Virus record (IMG/VR): IMGVR_UViG_3300025687_000029
Span: 31,667-95,666 of that record
DNA from: a virus
Direction: 5' to 3' (one strand)
DNA length: 64,000 nt
Below are positions 26,934 through 37,100 of this stretch, one piece after another. The notes under the pieces were generated by a model. The model was not told the DNA's origin. It searched no databases and saw only the letters and a program-made list of their open reading frames with translations. The translations under genes and the position numbers were made by a program. Each line of letters starts with the position of its first letter. The stretch's first letter is position 1.

Positions 26934-27228
26934 ACAAGTATATAAAAAGAAAGGTAGAAAATATATACCTATAGGATACTCTGATGGTTTCACAGGATTT
27001 CCTACAGATGGATTCTGGTTAGTTCAGCAGAAAGATGGATCTAAATCATCAGAATGTATTATTAAAATAGATGAACTAGAATCTCTCAGACCTGCTGCTG
27101 ATTTAATCTTAGAGTATAAAAATAAGATTATAAGATATTTAGCAGAAAGTGAAAATTGTAAGGTATATAATGTAAGCTATGATGCTTTTGTATCTAAAAT
27201 GTTAAAAGAAATTACAAACAGTAGATAA
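26926..27228 (+). CDS. hypothetical protein
   Basis: VYKKKGRKYIPI motif; coupled to neighbours. Confidence 0.75.
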   Translation: MNEQVYKKKGRKYIPIGYSDGFTGFPTDGFWLVQQKDGSKSSECIIKIDELESLRPAADLILEYKNKIIRYLAESENCKVYNVSYDAFVSKMLKEITNSR

Positions 27229-27611
27229 TGATAAAAGGAACTAAAAATCAATTATTTAATATTAACAATAATTTCCAAGGAGATTTTAAGAAAGTATTAA
27301 CTGTATGTAGTGCAGGTCTATTGAGATCTGCTACATTACAGAATACTCTTATTAAAGAGTATGGATATAATGTAAGAAACTGTGGTACTGAAGATTATGC
27401 TTTAATACCTATTAGTGAGGCTTTGGTTAAATGGGCTGATGAGATTGTTTTTGTTGAAAAGTATAACTTTAATAGAGTTAAGCCTGATCTAGAGAAATAT
27501 GATGTATTGGATAAGTGTATCATATTAGATATACCTGATATTTATGGATTCTGTGATAAAGAATTAGTTGAAATTTGTAAAGAACAGTATGAAACAAGAA
27601 ACAAGAATTAA
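27228..27611 (+). CDS. low-molecular-weight phosphotyrosine-phosphatase-like protein
   Basis: P-loop VCSAGLLRS (CX5R), WADEIV, LDIPD. Confidence 0.85.
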   Translation: MIKGTKNQLFNINNNFQGDFKKVLTVCSAGLLRSATLQNTLIKEYGYNVRNCGTEDYALIPISEALVKWADEIVFVEKYNFNRVKPDLEKYDVLDKCIILDIPDIYGFCDKELVEICKEQYETRNKN

Positions 27612-27732
27612 ATTAGAAGCTTTGTATGAAGTTCAATCAAGAACTACTCAAGCTAAGTACACTAAAGAAGAGTATGTTAATAAAATTGCTAAAGAAAAAG
27701 ATCTAATTGATAAAAACAGAGATAATGAGTAA
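27589..27732 (+). CDS. small hypothetical protein (47 aa, not in ORF track)
   Basis: MKQETRIKLEALYEVQSRTTQAKYTKEEYVNKIAKEKDLIDKNRDNE*. Confidence 0.5.
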   Translation: MKQETRIKLEALYEVQSRTTQAKYTKEEYVNKIAKEKDLIDKNRDNE

Positions 27733-28747
27733 AATAATTTATTTAAAACAAGAAGTGTCTATTGGAGAAATAATAGACTTTGAAGGAATGAAAGTTACTG
27801 TGAATAGTGAACTTATAAATAATAATCCTGAGTTATTTGAGGTTAAAGAAGAAGTTCCTGAATATGTTAAATACCTAGGTGAGGGTCCGTGGAGTATTTT
27901 TAAAACAAATGAAATATATAAGACCAGTACTGATTTTATATCTAAAAATGCTAATTATAGGTGTTGGGTTAATGCTGACGGATCTTCAGGACAAGTTATA
28001 TATCCAGAAGAAGAAATTTATTTTTCACATAGTTCTAAAGAAGAATTTGAGCGTCAGGAGCTTTTAAAGGAAGCTAAAAGAAGATTTCCTATTGGAAGTA
28101 GGTTTAAAGATATACTTCCTAACAATCCTGAAAAAGGAATACACACTGTAGAAGAATATCACATTAATGACCTTGTTAATGAAATGAACATTTGTGCTAA
28201 AAACAGTAAAAATACTAAAGCAAATAATGTTTATATTTATTGGGATGGTAAATGGGCAACCAAGTTAGAACCTATACTCACTACTGAGGATGGTAAAGAA
28301 ATGTATGACGGTGATGATGTTTATTTTGTATGTAACGATTATAATATAGTTACTCTTAAAAATATAAACATTGCTACAGATGTAATACTAAAAGGTAAAT
28401 TCTTTGCAGACAAGTCTAAAGCTGAACAATGGGTTAAAGATAATAAACCTAAGACTTTAGAGGATTATGAGGATGAATTATTAACTTATAAAACTCCTTT
28501 ATACGTAGAATTAAAAGAGAAAGAACCTAAACTTTATTGGTTAAAAGTTATGAAAATTATAGCTGAAGATCTTAATAAAGGTAATAAAGGTGAATATTTT
28601 ATTGTTTGGGAACAAGATAAATTTGAACCCTGGATGAGATGTGATTCTGATAAATATTCAGAACCTTTATTTGATACTAGCGAAAATGCTCAAAAAGCTA
28701 TAGATATTATGGGTAATAAACTTAATTTAATTTTTGGTAATGAGTGA
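27725..28747 (+). CDS. mosaic hypothetical protein
   Basis: ATG 27725 preferred; LLKEAKRRFPIG and TTEDGKEMYDGD modules. Confidence 0.8.
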   Translation: MSKIIYLKQEVSIGEIIDFEGMKVTVNSELINNNPELFEVKEEVPEYVKYLGEGPWSIFKTNEIYKTSTDFISKNANYRCWVNADGSSGQVIYPEEEIYFSHSSKEEFERQELLKEAKRRFPIGSRFKDILPNNPEKGIHTVEEYHINDLVNEMNICAKNSKNTKANNVYIYWDGKWATKLEPILTTEDGKEMYDGDDVYFVCNDYNIVTLKNINIATDVILKGKFFADKSKAEQWVKDNKPKTLEDYEDELLTYKTPLYVELKEKEPKLYWLKVMKIIAEDLNKGNKGEYFIVWEQDKFEPWMRCDSDKYSEPLFDTSENAQKAIDIMGNKLNLIFGNE

Positions 28748-29039
28748 TAATAAAGAAAAATCAGATAGGTTTAATGAAGGTAAACTTAAATGGTCTTTAG
28801 TACACTATAAATCTCTGGAACCTATGATTAAGGTTCTGGAGATGGGTGCTAAAAAATATAGCCCTGATAATTGGAAGAAGGGTTTAGATCTTAAAGAAGT
28901 TCAAGAATCTATGCAAAGACATTTAGCTTCATTAATGGACGGTGAAACTCATGATAAGGAATCTGGAGAATTACATATGGGTCATATTATGTGTAATGCT
29001 ATGTTTTGGGTATATCATTATAATAAAAATATTAAGTAA
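28740..29039 (+). CDS. dATP/dGTP diphosphohydrolase domain protein (DUF5664-like)
   Basis: RFNEGKLKWSL, GAKKYSPDNW, RH, D.ESG..H..H..CN. Confidence 0.85.
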   Translation: MSDNKEKSDRFNEGKLKWSLVHYKSLEPMIKVLEMGAKKYSPDNWKKGLDLKEVQESMQRHLASLMDGETHDKESGELHMGHIMCNAMFWVYHYNKNIK

Positions 29040-29051
29040 GGAAGGGATTAT

Positions 29052-29702
29052 ATGAACATTGAAACAATAGAAGTATGTGGTTTTCCTGGAGTATTAAAAG
29101 CTCTCAGGAAGCCATTTAAGAAAGAAATGAGGAGTACTTATAATATTGATGTATTCTATGGAGAAAATACAGGACTACAGGACATTATTACTAAATCTAG
29201 TACTATTAGGATTCACCCTGAAGATATTAAACTAATGAGTAAATTAGTTAAAGCTGGTGATGAGCATAGTAAGGCACTCAGAGGATTAATAGTATATGCT
29301 GATTTTGAACTCCCAAGATACATTTGGTCAGAGTTTGATACATATCGTATAGGTAAAGAATGTTTAAGTTCTGAAAGTACTATGCATACTATTCTTAATG
29401 AAGATATTACAGAAAATAATTTTGATGGTATAGATGATAATATTTCAGATATGATTATAGATCAATTTATTGATGCTGTCGATACAATTAAACAATCACA
29501 ATTACCAAATAAAATAAAAAAGTTATCTATTAAATCTATTCTTCCAGAATCATATCTTCAAACTAGAACTTTAATGTTATCTTACCAAGCTTTAAGAAGA
29601 ATATACTTTCAGAGAAGACATCACGAATTACCTATTTGGAAATCAGTATGTAACTGGATAAAAGAATTACCTTATAGTAAAGAACTAATAACAATTGAAT
29701 AA
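29052..29702 (+). CDS. thyX: ThyX-like flavin-dependent thymidylate synthase (divergent phage type)
   Basis: GDEHSKALR, PRYIWSEFDTYR, SESTMH, LPES, R.IY.QRRHH.L..W. Confidence 0.65.
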   Translation: MNIETIEVCGFPGVLKALRKPFKKEMRSTYNIDVFYGENTGLQDIITKSSTIRIHPEDIKLMSKLVKAGDEHSKALRGLIVYADFELPRYIWSEFDTYRIGKECLSSESTMHTILNEDITENNFDGIDDNISDMIIDQFIDAVDTIKQSQLPNKIKKLSIKSILPESYLQTRTLMLSYQALRRIYFQRRHHELPIWKSVCNWIKELPYSKELITIE

Positions 29703-30223
29703 TGAAAGTAAAAATAAAGAAAACACACAAAGATGCAATAATTCCTAAATATGCAAAACCAGGAGATGCTGGGATGGATTTAACTGCTGTAAGTAAGATA
29801 TATGATAAATACGGTAATGTATCTTATGGTACTGGATTAGCTTTTGAAATACCTAAAGGTTATGTAGGATTATTATTTCCTAGAAGTAGTAATTGTAAAA
29901 AAGATTTATTATTAAGTAATTCTGTAGGTATTTTGGATTCTGGATATAGAGGTGAGGTTTTTGTAAAATATAGACCTTCTGCTATGTTTTTTGAAGATGC
30001 ATATGCTCCTGAAAATGATATAGGTACAAACGAGGATTTCTTTGACACAATTGTATTACCTAGAATTGACGAAGGGAATCATCAAGGATATGAAGAATAT
30101 GACGTAGGAGATAGAATATGTCAATTAATAATTATGCCTTATCCTCAAATAGAATTTGAAGAAGTAGATGAATTATCTGACACTGAAAGGTCTACAGGAG
30201 GATTTGGATCAACAGGAAATTAA
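29702..30223 (+). CDS. dut: trimeric dUTPase
   Basis: DAGMDL, PRSS, GILDSGYRGE, RICQ, RSTGGFGSTG. Confidence 0.95.
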   Translation: MKVKIKKTHKDAIIPKYAKPGDAGMDLTAVSKIYDKYGNVSYGTGLAFEIPKGYVGLLFPRSSNCKKDLLLSNSVGILDSGYRGEVFVKYRPSAMFFEDAYAPENDIGTNEDFFDTIVLPRIDEGNHQGYEEYDVGDRICQLIIMPYPQIEFEEVDELSDTERSTGGFGSTGN

Positions 30224-30275
30224 TATCGGCTAATAACCCGATATTTTCAATTATCGTTTAAAAACCCGATATTTT
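30222..30275 (+). terminator. hairpin with T-tail plus 13-bp direct repeat
   Basis: AATATCGG/CCGATATT-TT; AACCCGATATTTT at 30235 and 30263. Confidence 0.5.
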
Positions 30276-31091
30276 ATGAAAACTGTATTAATAACAGGAA
30301 GTGCTGGTAATTTAGCCAGAGAAATAATTAAAGAATTAAAAGGTAAATACTTTACTATTGGTCTTGATATGTTACCAAGTAAGACTGATATTAGTCAAGA
30401 AGTAGTTTTATCTGATTATAATATAGAAGAATTACTACAAACTTATGATCCGGATATAATAATTCATCTTGCAGGTACAAGTAGACCTGTAGACTGTCAG
30501 AAAGATGTTTTATCTGCAATGGATAATAATTTTAAAATAACAGATCAAATTATTAGATATTGTAATAAAACAGATGTTCATCTTATATATCCTTCTTCTA
30601 TTCATGTATTTAGTGATAGTACTGAGGAATATATAGAATCTTCTCATTTAGATCCAATAAACTCTTATGGACTCACCAAAGCATTATCTGAGAAATATAT
30701 TATAAGAAATCTTAAAAAATATACTATTCTTAGACTAGATGGAGTTATTGGAGAAGAATCCAGATTAATTAAAGATACTGTTATAAGAGGTTTAAATGGT
30801 ATTTCTTCAGAAATGTATGTTAATACTATACGAAGCTTTCTAAGAGAAGATGACTTAGCTAAAACTGTTGAATTTATTATAAAAAATAATAAATATGGTA
30901 TCTATAATTTAAGAGGCCCTGAGTCTAAAACAATGTATGAATGGGGAATAAATATAGCTGATAAGTATGGATTTGATAAAGATCTTATAGTAGCTACACA
31001 TTCCAGAAATATTCATGATGTAAAGAGAATTATTCTTAATATTGATAAAGCTAAAGAAGAATTAATGTTTGAACCTAAAAGTATATTGTAA
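30276..31091 (+). CDS. NAD-dependent epimerase/dehydratase (extended SDR, RmlD-like)
   Basis: LITGSAGNLA, PDIIIHLAG, SS..VF, YGLTK catalytic YxxxK, GIYNL. Confidence 0.88.
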   Translation: MKTVLITGSAGNLAREIIKELKGKYFTIGLDMLPSKTDISQEVVLSDYNIEELLQTYDPDIIIHLAGTSRPVDCQKDVLSAMDNNFKITDQIIRYCNKTDVHLIYPSSIHVFSDSTEEYIESSHLDPINSYGLTKALSEKYIIRNLKKYTILRLDGVIGEESRLIKDTVIRGLNGISSEMYVNTIRSFLREDDLAKTVEFIIKNNKYGIYNLRGPESKTMYEWGINIADKYGFDKDLIVATHSRNIHDVKRIILNIDKAKEELMFEPKSIL

Positions 31092-31096
31092 TTATT

Positions 31097-31123
31097 AGGA
31101 GGGATTAACTTCCCTCCTTTTTT
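31097..31123 (+). terminator. terminator at the convergence of the two genome arms
   Basis: AGGAGGGA-TTAACT-TCCCTCCT-T5 between convergent stop codons. Confidence 0.85.
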
Positions 31124-34100
31124 AAAACTTCTCATAATAATCAAAAAAATCTAATATTTCAGACCAAAAAGGTACTTTCTTCATAGTATAGTGACCAAAA
31201 CCGGTCTGATCATTTTTTTTAGTATCCTCATTATACCAAAACCTCTCCTCTCCAAAAGCAGTATCTATAGTTTCATCAAGGGTATTTCCAAGTATATTAC
31301 TAGCATCTTCCAGTAGTCTATAAATTACTAGAGGATTCTGTAATAACTGATCAGCAGAGCCTTTATCATAGAAAAAGGTTAGCTCTAAAGCTGATCTCTT
31401 AACTAATCTATAAGCATATAAAGTAAATAAATTAGTTTCTTCATCATCATCCCATCCTGCAAAGAATCCTAACATTGCAGCAGCAGTAGATAGTATCATT
31501 ATAGTTCTAGCTTCTTGAATAGTAGCTCTAAGCTTTCCTTCCAGCATTGGAATATACCACTCTTTAAATTCATCAAATGTAAATTCTGTTTCAGGATTCT
31601 TTAACATAAATCTTTGATAAGACTTTTCAAGATTTTGCTGATTAATTTCTTTTGAATACATACCAAAAGATAATAACTCACCAGATACTTTACCTAACTC
31701 TTTAAGAGTTGGAATAAATCCATTACCAATTATATCACCCCAAGCTGCTCTAATTCTACCTTCATTATAAGACTCTAAGGTGTTATCATATTTTAGTTTA
31801 CCAAATCTTGACATTGCAGAGCCTGGAATCCACTGTTTGAATTTCATTAATATTCTATAAATTAGAGCAGTGTCCATAATAGAAGTATTTTCTCTATTAG
31901 TAGATCCTTTTATTAAATATGCAATACGTTGTACTTTTGCTCTAAAACTATCAAATTCTTCATTTAGATTTTCAATATTCTTAATCTCTAACTTATCATC
32001 TTTTATAGAAATGCTGTCATAAAGGCTTGGAGCATCTTTATTAATAAGTTTATCAGTCTTTGGATTCTTAATTTTACCATCTGAATCAACTTTATAATGC
32101 CTTACCATTGATAATAATATCTGATTATCAACAGAATTATCACCCCATTCATGTAACTTTAAAGCATTCCTCATGGTAATTGTAGAAACTAATTTAGAAG
32201 CTGACTGCTCTATAGCTTGCTCATAATTAAAGTTTCTTGAAGTAGGCTTAAACAATTCAACTATAGAAACTCCTTTCTTATCTTTGTTAGTGAGTTCTTT
32301 CCTTGAATCTTTAAATCCCATATTAGTAAAAAATATACCTTCTTTACCTACCAATCTTGTATTTATTTTACCATTGACAATGTTGGAACCTGCTAATATT
32401 GGGTCCCAAGTCATAGAAGATAATGTCATATAACTAGACAATATATCATATAATTTATGAATACTATAGGTTATACCTTTATATTTTATTTTACCCTTCT
32501 CGTCTTGTATTTTTTGACCATATATATCCCTTTTAACGTGTTTCTCAAATAAACTGATTAAATCTGTAGGAACTCCAAAGATCTTAGCTACATTCTTCTT
32601 TAAATGGTTTTTAAGTGGAGTATCTCCATCAGATAGAGTAGTTTTAATATTATCATTCTCTCTTAAAGTATAATATGCTATCTGTACTTGATCTTCAATA
32701 GCATTTAACTCTTCAGCTTGATATACTTGTTGAGCAAATATCATTAGATTGGTAGCTAAATCAATACTTTTTAACTCAGCTCCTTTTCTAAACTCTTCTT
32801 GCTTAACTCTTCTATTATATTCATCATCAAAAACTTTAGTATCTTCTTCAAAACCTTCATTAATAAGTTCTTGTTTTATATGAGATAATTCCTTATTGGT
32901 AAGATTATCGTGTAGAGGTGATACTCCATATACAGGTATTCTGTTAATAGGTTTACCATCAGGACCTAATTCACCATAATCTAAATCTGTTGTTTGAGCT
33001 GATAGATTTTGTCTTAAAATCCTACCAATATCTTTAATTCCCATTACTCCATGCTGACCTATTCTATCTACTACATCTTGTCTAAAATTTGAAGTAAAAT
33101 TCCTATTCTTAATTTTATCATAACCTACAGATTCTCTAGCTTTACTTGTAAAGTTTTTATGAAAATCATAAAATGCTTTCAATTCAGGAGTCTTATTGAT
33201 CTCTAAGAATTTAGAAGATTTATAAGTATTCAGTTTTCTGTTAGGACTTATAAATTTATAATCTGCATTTTTATAAGCATTAGGATACTTCTCAACATTG
33301 TATTGTTTTTCCCACTTGGTAAGATCCTCTTTTATAAGAACCTCTCTTCTTTTATTATATTCTTCCTTAGATTCTTCAGGAACATAATCAGCTTTAATGC
33401 CTATAATAGGATCTCTTAAATCCTTCTCATACCTATCTTTAGCTTGTTGATATTTATCTTTTTCAAATATTGTATATTTCTTAAACCATCCGGTATCTTT
33501 CTTTTTTTTAGCATCCTCAAATGCTTCATAATAAGAAGAATCCATTTCAGAGACAATATTCAAATTATCATCCAGAATCCTTTTATATAAAGACATAACA
33601 GAAACACCTTCTCTTTTAGCTAATTGCCTAAGTCCTTCAGTTAATTCATTAATATTTTTATTGAAAATGTCCATCTTTCTAAGAACATTACCTTCAGTTC
33701 TTCTAAGCATCCTATTATACCATTGAAATACAGGATTATCAATATCTGCAATACCATTAAATAACCTATTAAATGTAGAAGGTAATTTACCCATTTCTAG
33801 TTCATCTACACCAACTCTATTAATAGCTCGTTCAAATATTTTATTTTGAATATCTTGTTTTAAAACATCAACTCTTCCTGAGAACTGTCTGAGTTTAGTT
33901 GTAAAGTCTTCTTTTTGAGTTTTAGAGAAAGTATTTAATTCTTTCTCCAGTTGATTTGTTTTTAAAAATACTTCCAAGAAACTAACATAATTAAGTAATT
34001 CATTATCTTCAAGATAACCTTCCTCACCTAACTTCTTATTTAATCTATTTTCAATATCTTTAGTAATGTAATGAATTTGATTCATAAATCCTATAACATC

Positions 34101-37100
34101 TTTTTTTACTAATAATGTCTGTATAGATTTATCAATCTCCTTCATCTTAGCTTCTCTAGCTGAATAAGAAAGTTTTGTATCACTCTTAACTCCTTCTTTT
34201 AATCTAAATAGATCAGTAACAAACTTATCTAATTTTGTCATAGAAGTAGTTTCACTTTCCAAAGGAATTTGTACTAGGTATTTTTCAGGAGTACTATTTA
34301 CAGCTATTTCTAATCCTTGATAACCAACATCTGTCTTGTATCCATAATTAATATTAATAGGTACTATTCTAGCTTGTCTAAACACCGTATTACCAACTTC
34401 TGAATCCAGTATTGACTTATATCCTCCAACAATTCTAAAAGTCTCTAATTCCCTATGTTTTTGGCTTAATTCTTTAACTGATTTATTAATCCTGTCTTTA
34501 CCAAATTTCTTAGCAGAATACTCAAATACTCCAACAGATCCATCACTATATACTGCCATTATATCTGTACTGCCTACAGTATCTATTGAAGAATTATATA
34601 ATTGTTGTCCAGAGAATATTTCTACAGCACCATCAGGATTTAGATTCTTTTGAGTTTCTTTAATCTCTTTAATAATTAATCTAATACCATCTGCTAAATC
34701 TTTAGCTAAAGTAGGATCTAAAGCTACCAATTCCTCAACTGTAATATTTTTCTCTAAAGCTACTTCTCTAAATTGAGGACTTCTTTTAGCAAGTTCTATA
34801 ACATTAGCCTGTATATCTTTATAACTTGTTTTCTTATCATTAATAATGAAATTAGCTATTTGATTACTCCAAAGATGAATACCTGCCTGTTTAACAACTG
34901 TATAAGTAGTTCTATTTTTAGAATAACCATCTTTTCTAGCCTCTGATTCAACTTCTTCAGAGACTATATTTCTAATCTCATTATTTGTAAGTTTATTAAT
35001 CCAACCTTTATCTGTATAATTTATATTAGTTCTCCAGGATTTTAACTTATTAACAATATCCTGTTGAGTAGGTACTCTTGAAGCTCTTTCAGATTGTCTT
35101 TTTTGAAAAGGTAAATCATCATCTGCTTCAAACATTTGTGCTATAGTATTACCTTGAGAGAATTTAACTTGTCTAACTTCACTTCTAATTAAGCTTCTAG
35201 GAAACTTACGATAACCTTCTTTTAAAGCCGCTATCCTAGTATTAATTTCTGCTTGAGTAGTGTATTCTTTAGGTTTAATAAAAATACCTTCTCCAATTTG
35301 TTCATATCCAGCATCTTCTAACTCATTTAGTTCTTCAAAAGATTTTGCAGTATAAACTTGACCCCTGACTTTTTTCTGAACATCCTTAATACTCTCCTTT
35401 AAATTCTCTTTAGTTTGAGTTGGTTGTTTACCTATATTGTCTTTTAATAGTTTATAATATCCGTCAGGAGATTTAGTATATGTATCTCCATTGTGTTTCT
35501 TAACAACTGTAGACTCATCTTCATAAACTACAGTACCCTTTATGGAATTATATTCTTCTTTTGTAATTTTTTGCTGCCCTTCATTTATTTTTTTAATTTT
35601 AATTTCAGGCTCAACTAACTTCCCATATTTCTGATCTAATATGCTATTAATGTTATCAAGTATTTTCTTAGTAGAATAAGGTACTCCTTCATCATATTCT
35701 AAACGAAAATTACTACCAGTAAGTTCAATACCTAATTCATTATGATGATGTGCTAAATTATCAATTATATCAGCTAAATTAGGTTGTACTGAATTGATAT
35801 TATTTAATGATGGACTCTTAGTATAACTAACTCCAATAATCTCAGACTTCTTATCTTTATTAACTTTTTCAGAAGCATCCCATACACTGCCAGAATATAC
35901 ATCATCATTAGCAGCCCATTTAATATCTTCTGATTTAGGGAATATTTTAAACTTAATTTTACCTCCTCCACCTTCTAAATGGCCTATTTTTCTATCAACA
36001 GGCTTAGTAAATGCAGATATAGTAAACTCACCACCAGATTTTTTATTATCTTCAATATGTGCTAGTAGGTTTTGAAACATTAACTCTACATCAAAATCAC
36101 TATAAGCTCCAACTACAGAATAAAATCCTTGACCTCTACTATATACTTCTTCTGGGTCATATTTAATATCATTAACTTTCTTCCACTCTTCTATAATTTC
36201 TTTAGATTGCTCATATTCTTTATTTTTTTCTATAAACTCATTTAATGGGTTTGAAGAAATTTCTCCAGTAACTTCTAAATTCTTAACTTTATATTCAAAT
36301 TGTAAATGTGTTGGGATTTGAGTATGTAAATAAGAAAAAGCCTCTGCATATGTTTTAAAACTTTTGATAATATTATTATGCTTTGTATTATATACAACAA
36401 AAGGGTATTCGTTAATATCTTTTTTAATGTTTATACTTGTTTTACCTAAATCAACCTCTCCTAACTTAGTCAACTCACTAATATGATTACTAGCTTCTTG
36501 ATAAGTTTTAAAAGTTTGATTATCAGGTGTAGTATAAATTACTTCATTTCCAGGTAATATAAGTTTACTATTAGAATAAGCTAATAAATCAGCTATATCA
36601 CCTAAAGTCATATTATCAGGTAATTTATCTATCTCAACTTCTTTAGCTTTAAATAAAGACTTCATATAAGCCTTCATTTCTTTTAAAAGTCTTTTGAGTA
36701 ATGATATTAATTTACCATCCTTAACTTTATCTAATCTATCAGCAGTATATAAACCTAATAATTCTACAATAGTTTCTTCCTGTTGTTCTTCTAAGGTATA
36801 TGGAATTTGCTCATTTCCATAAACTGATTTTGAAATATAATGATAACCAGCCTCCCCTGCTTCAGAAACTAAAGTATCGGCTTCTTCTTTAGTTAAATTA
36901 CTTTTAAATAAAGTATTATATTCATTATCATATACTTCATAAAAATCTATATTTTTACTAGACTTAACAGTTTTATACTGATAATCCTTCTTAACCCTAT
37001 CTAAGACTTCTTTACCTTTACCATATTCAAGTTCTTTGAGTAGGTTTTGGTATAATTGTTTATTTTGAGCAGTACCAGTTTTTAAAGCCCTAATAATAGG

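Noticed and set aside
28740-29039. 2-aminoadenine (Z) genome pathway
   Set aside because: Only a DUF5664-like gene is present; no PurZ or DatZ-like HD hydrolase is recognisable in the window
2551-30048. Short - strand ORFs within the early/replication arm (e.g. 2551, 7956, 13647, 19604, 26433, 29860)
   Set aside because: Antisense shadows of well-supported + strand genes
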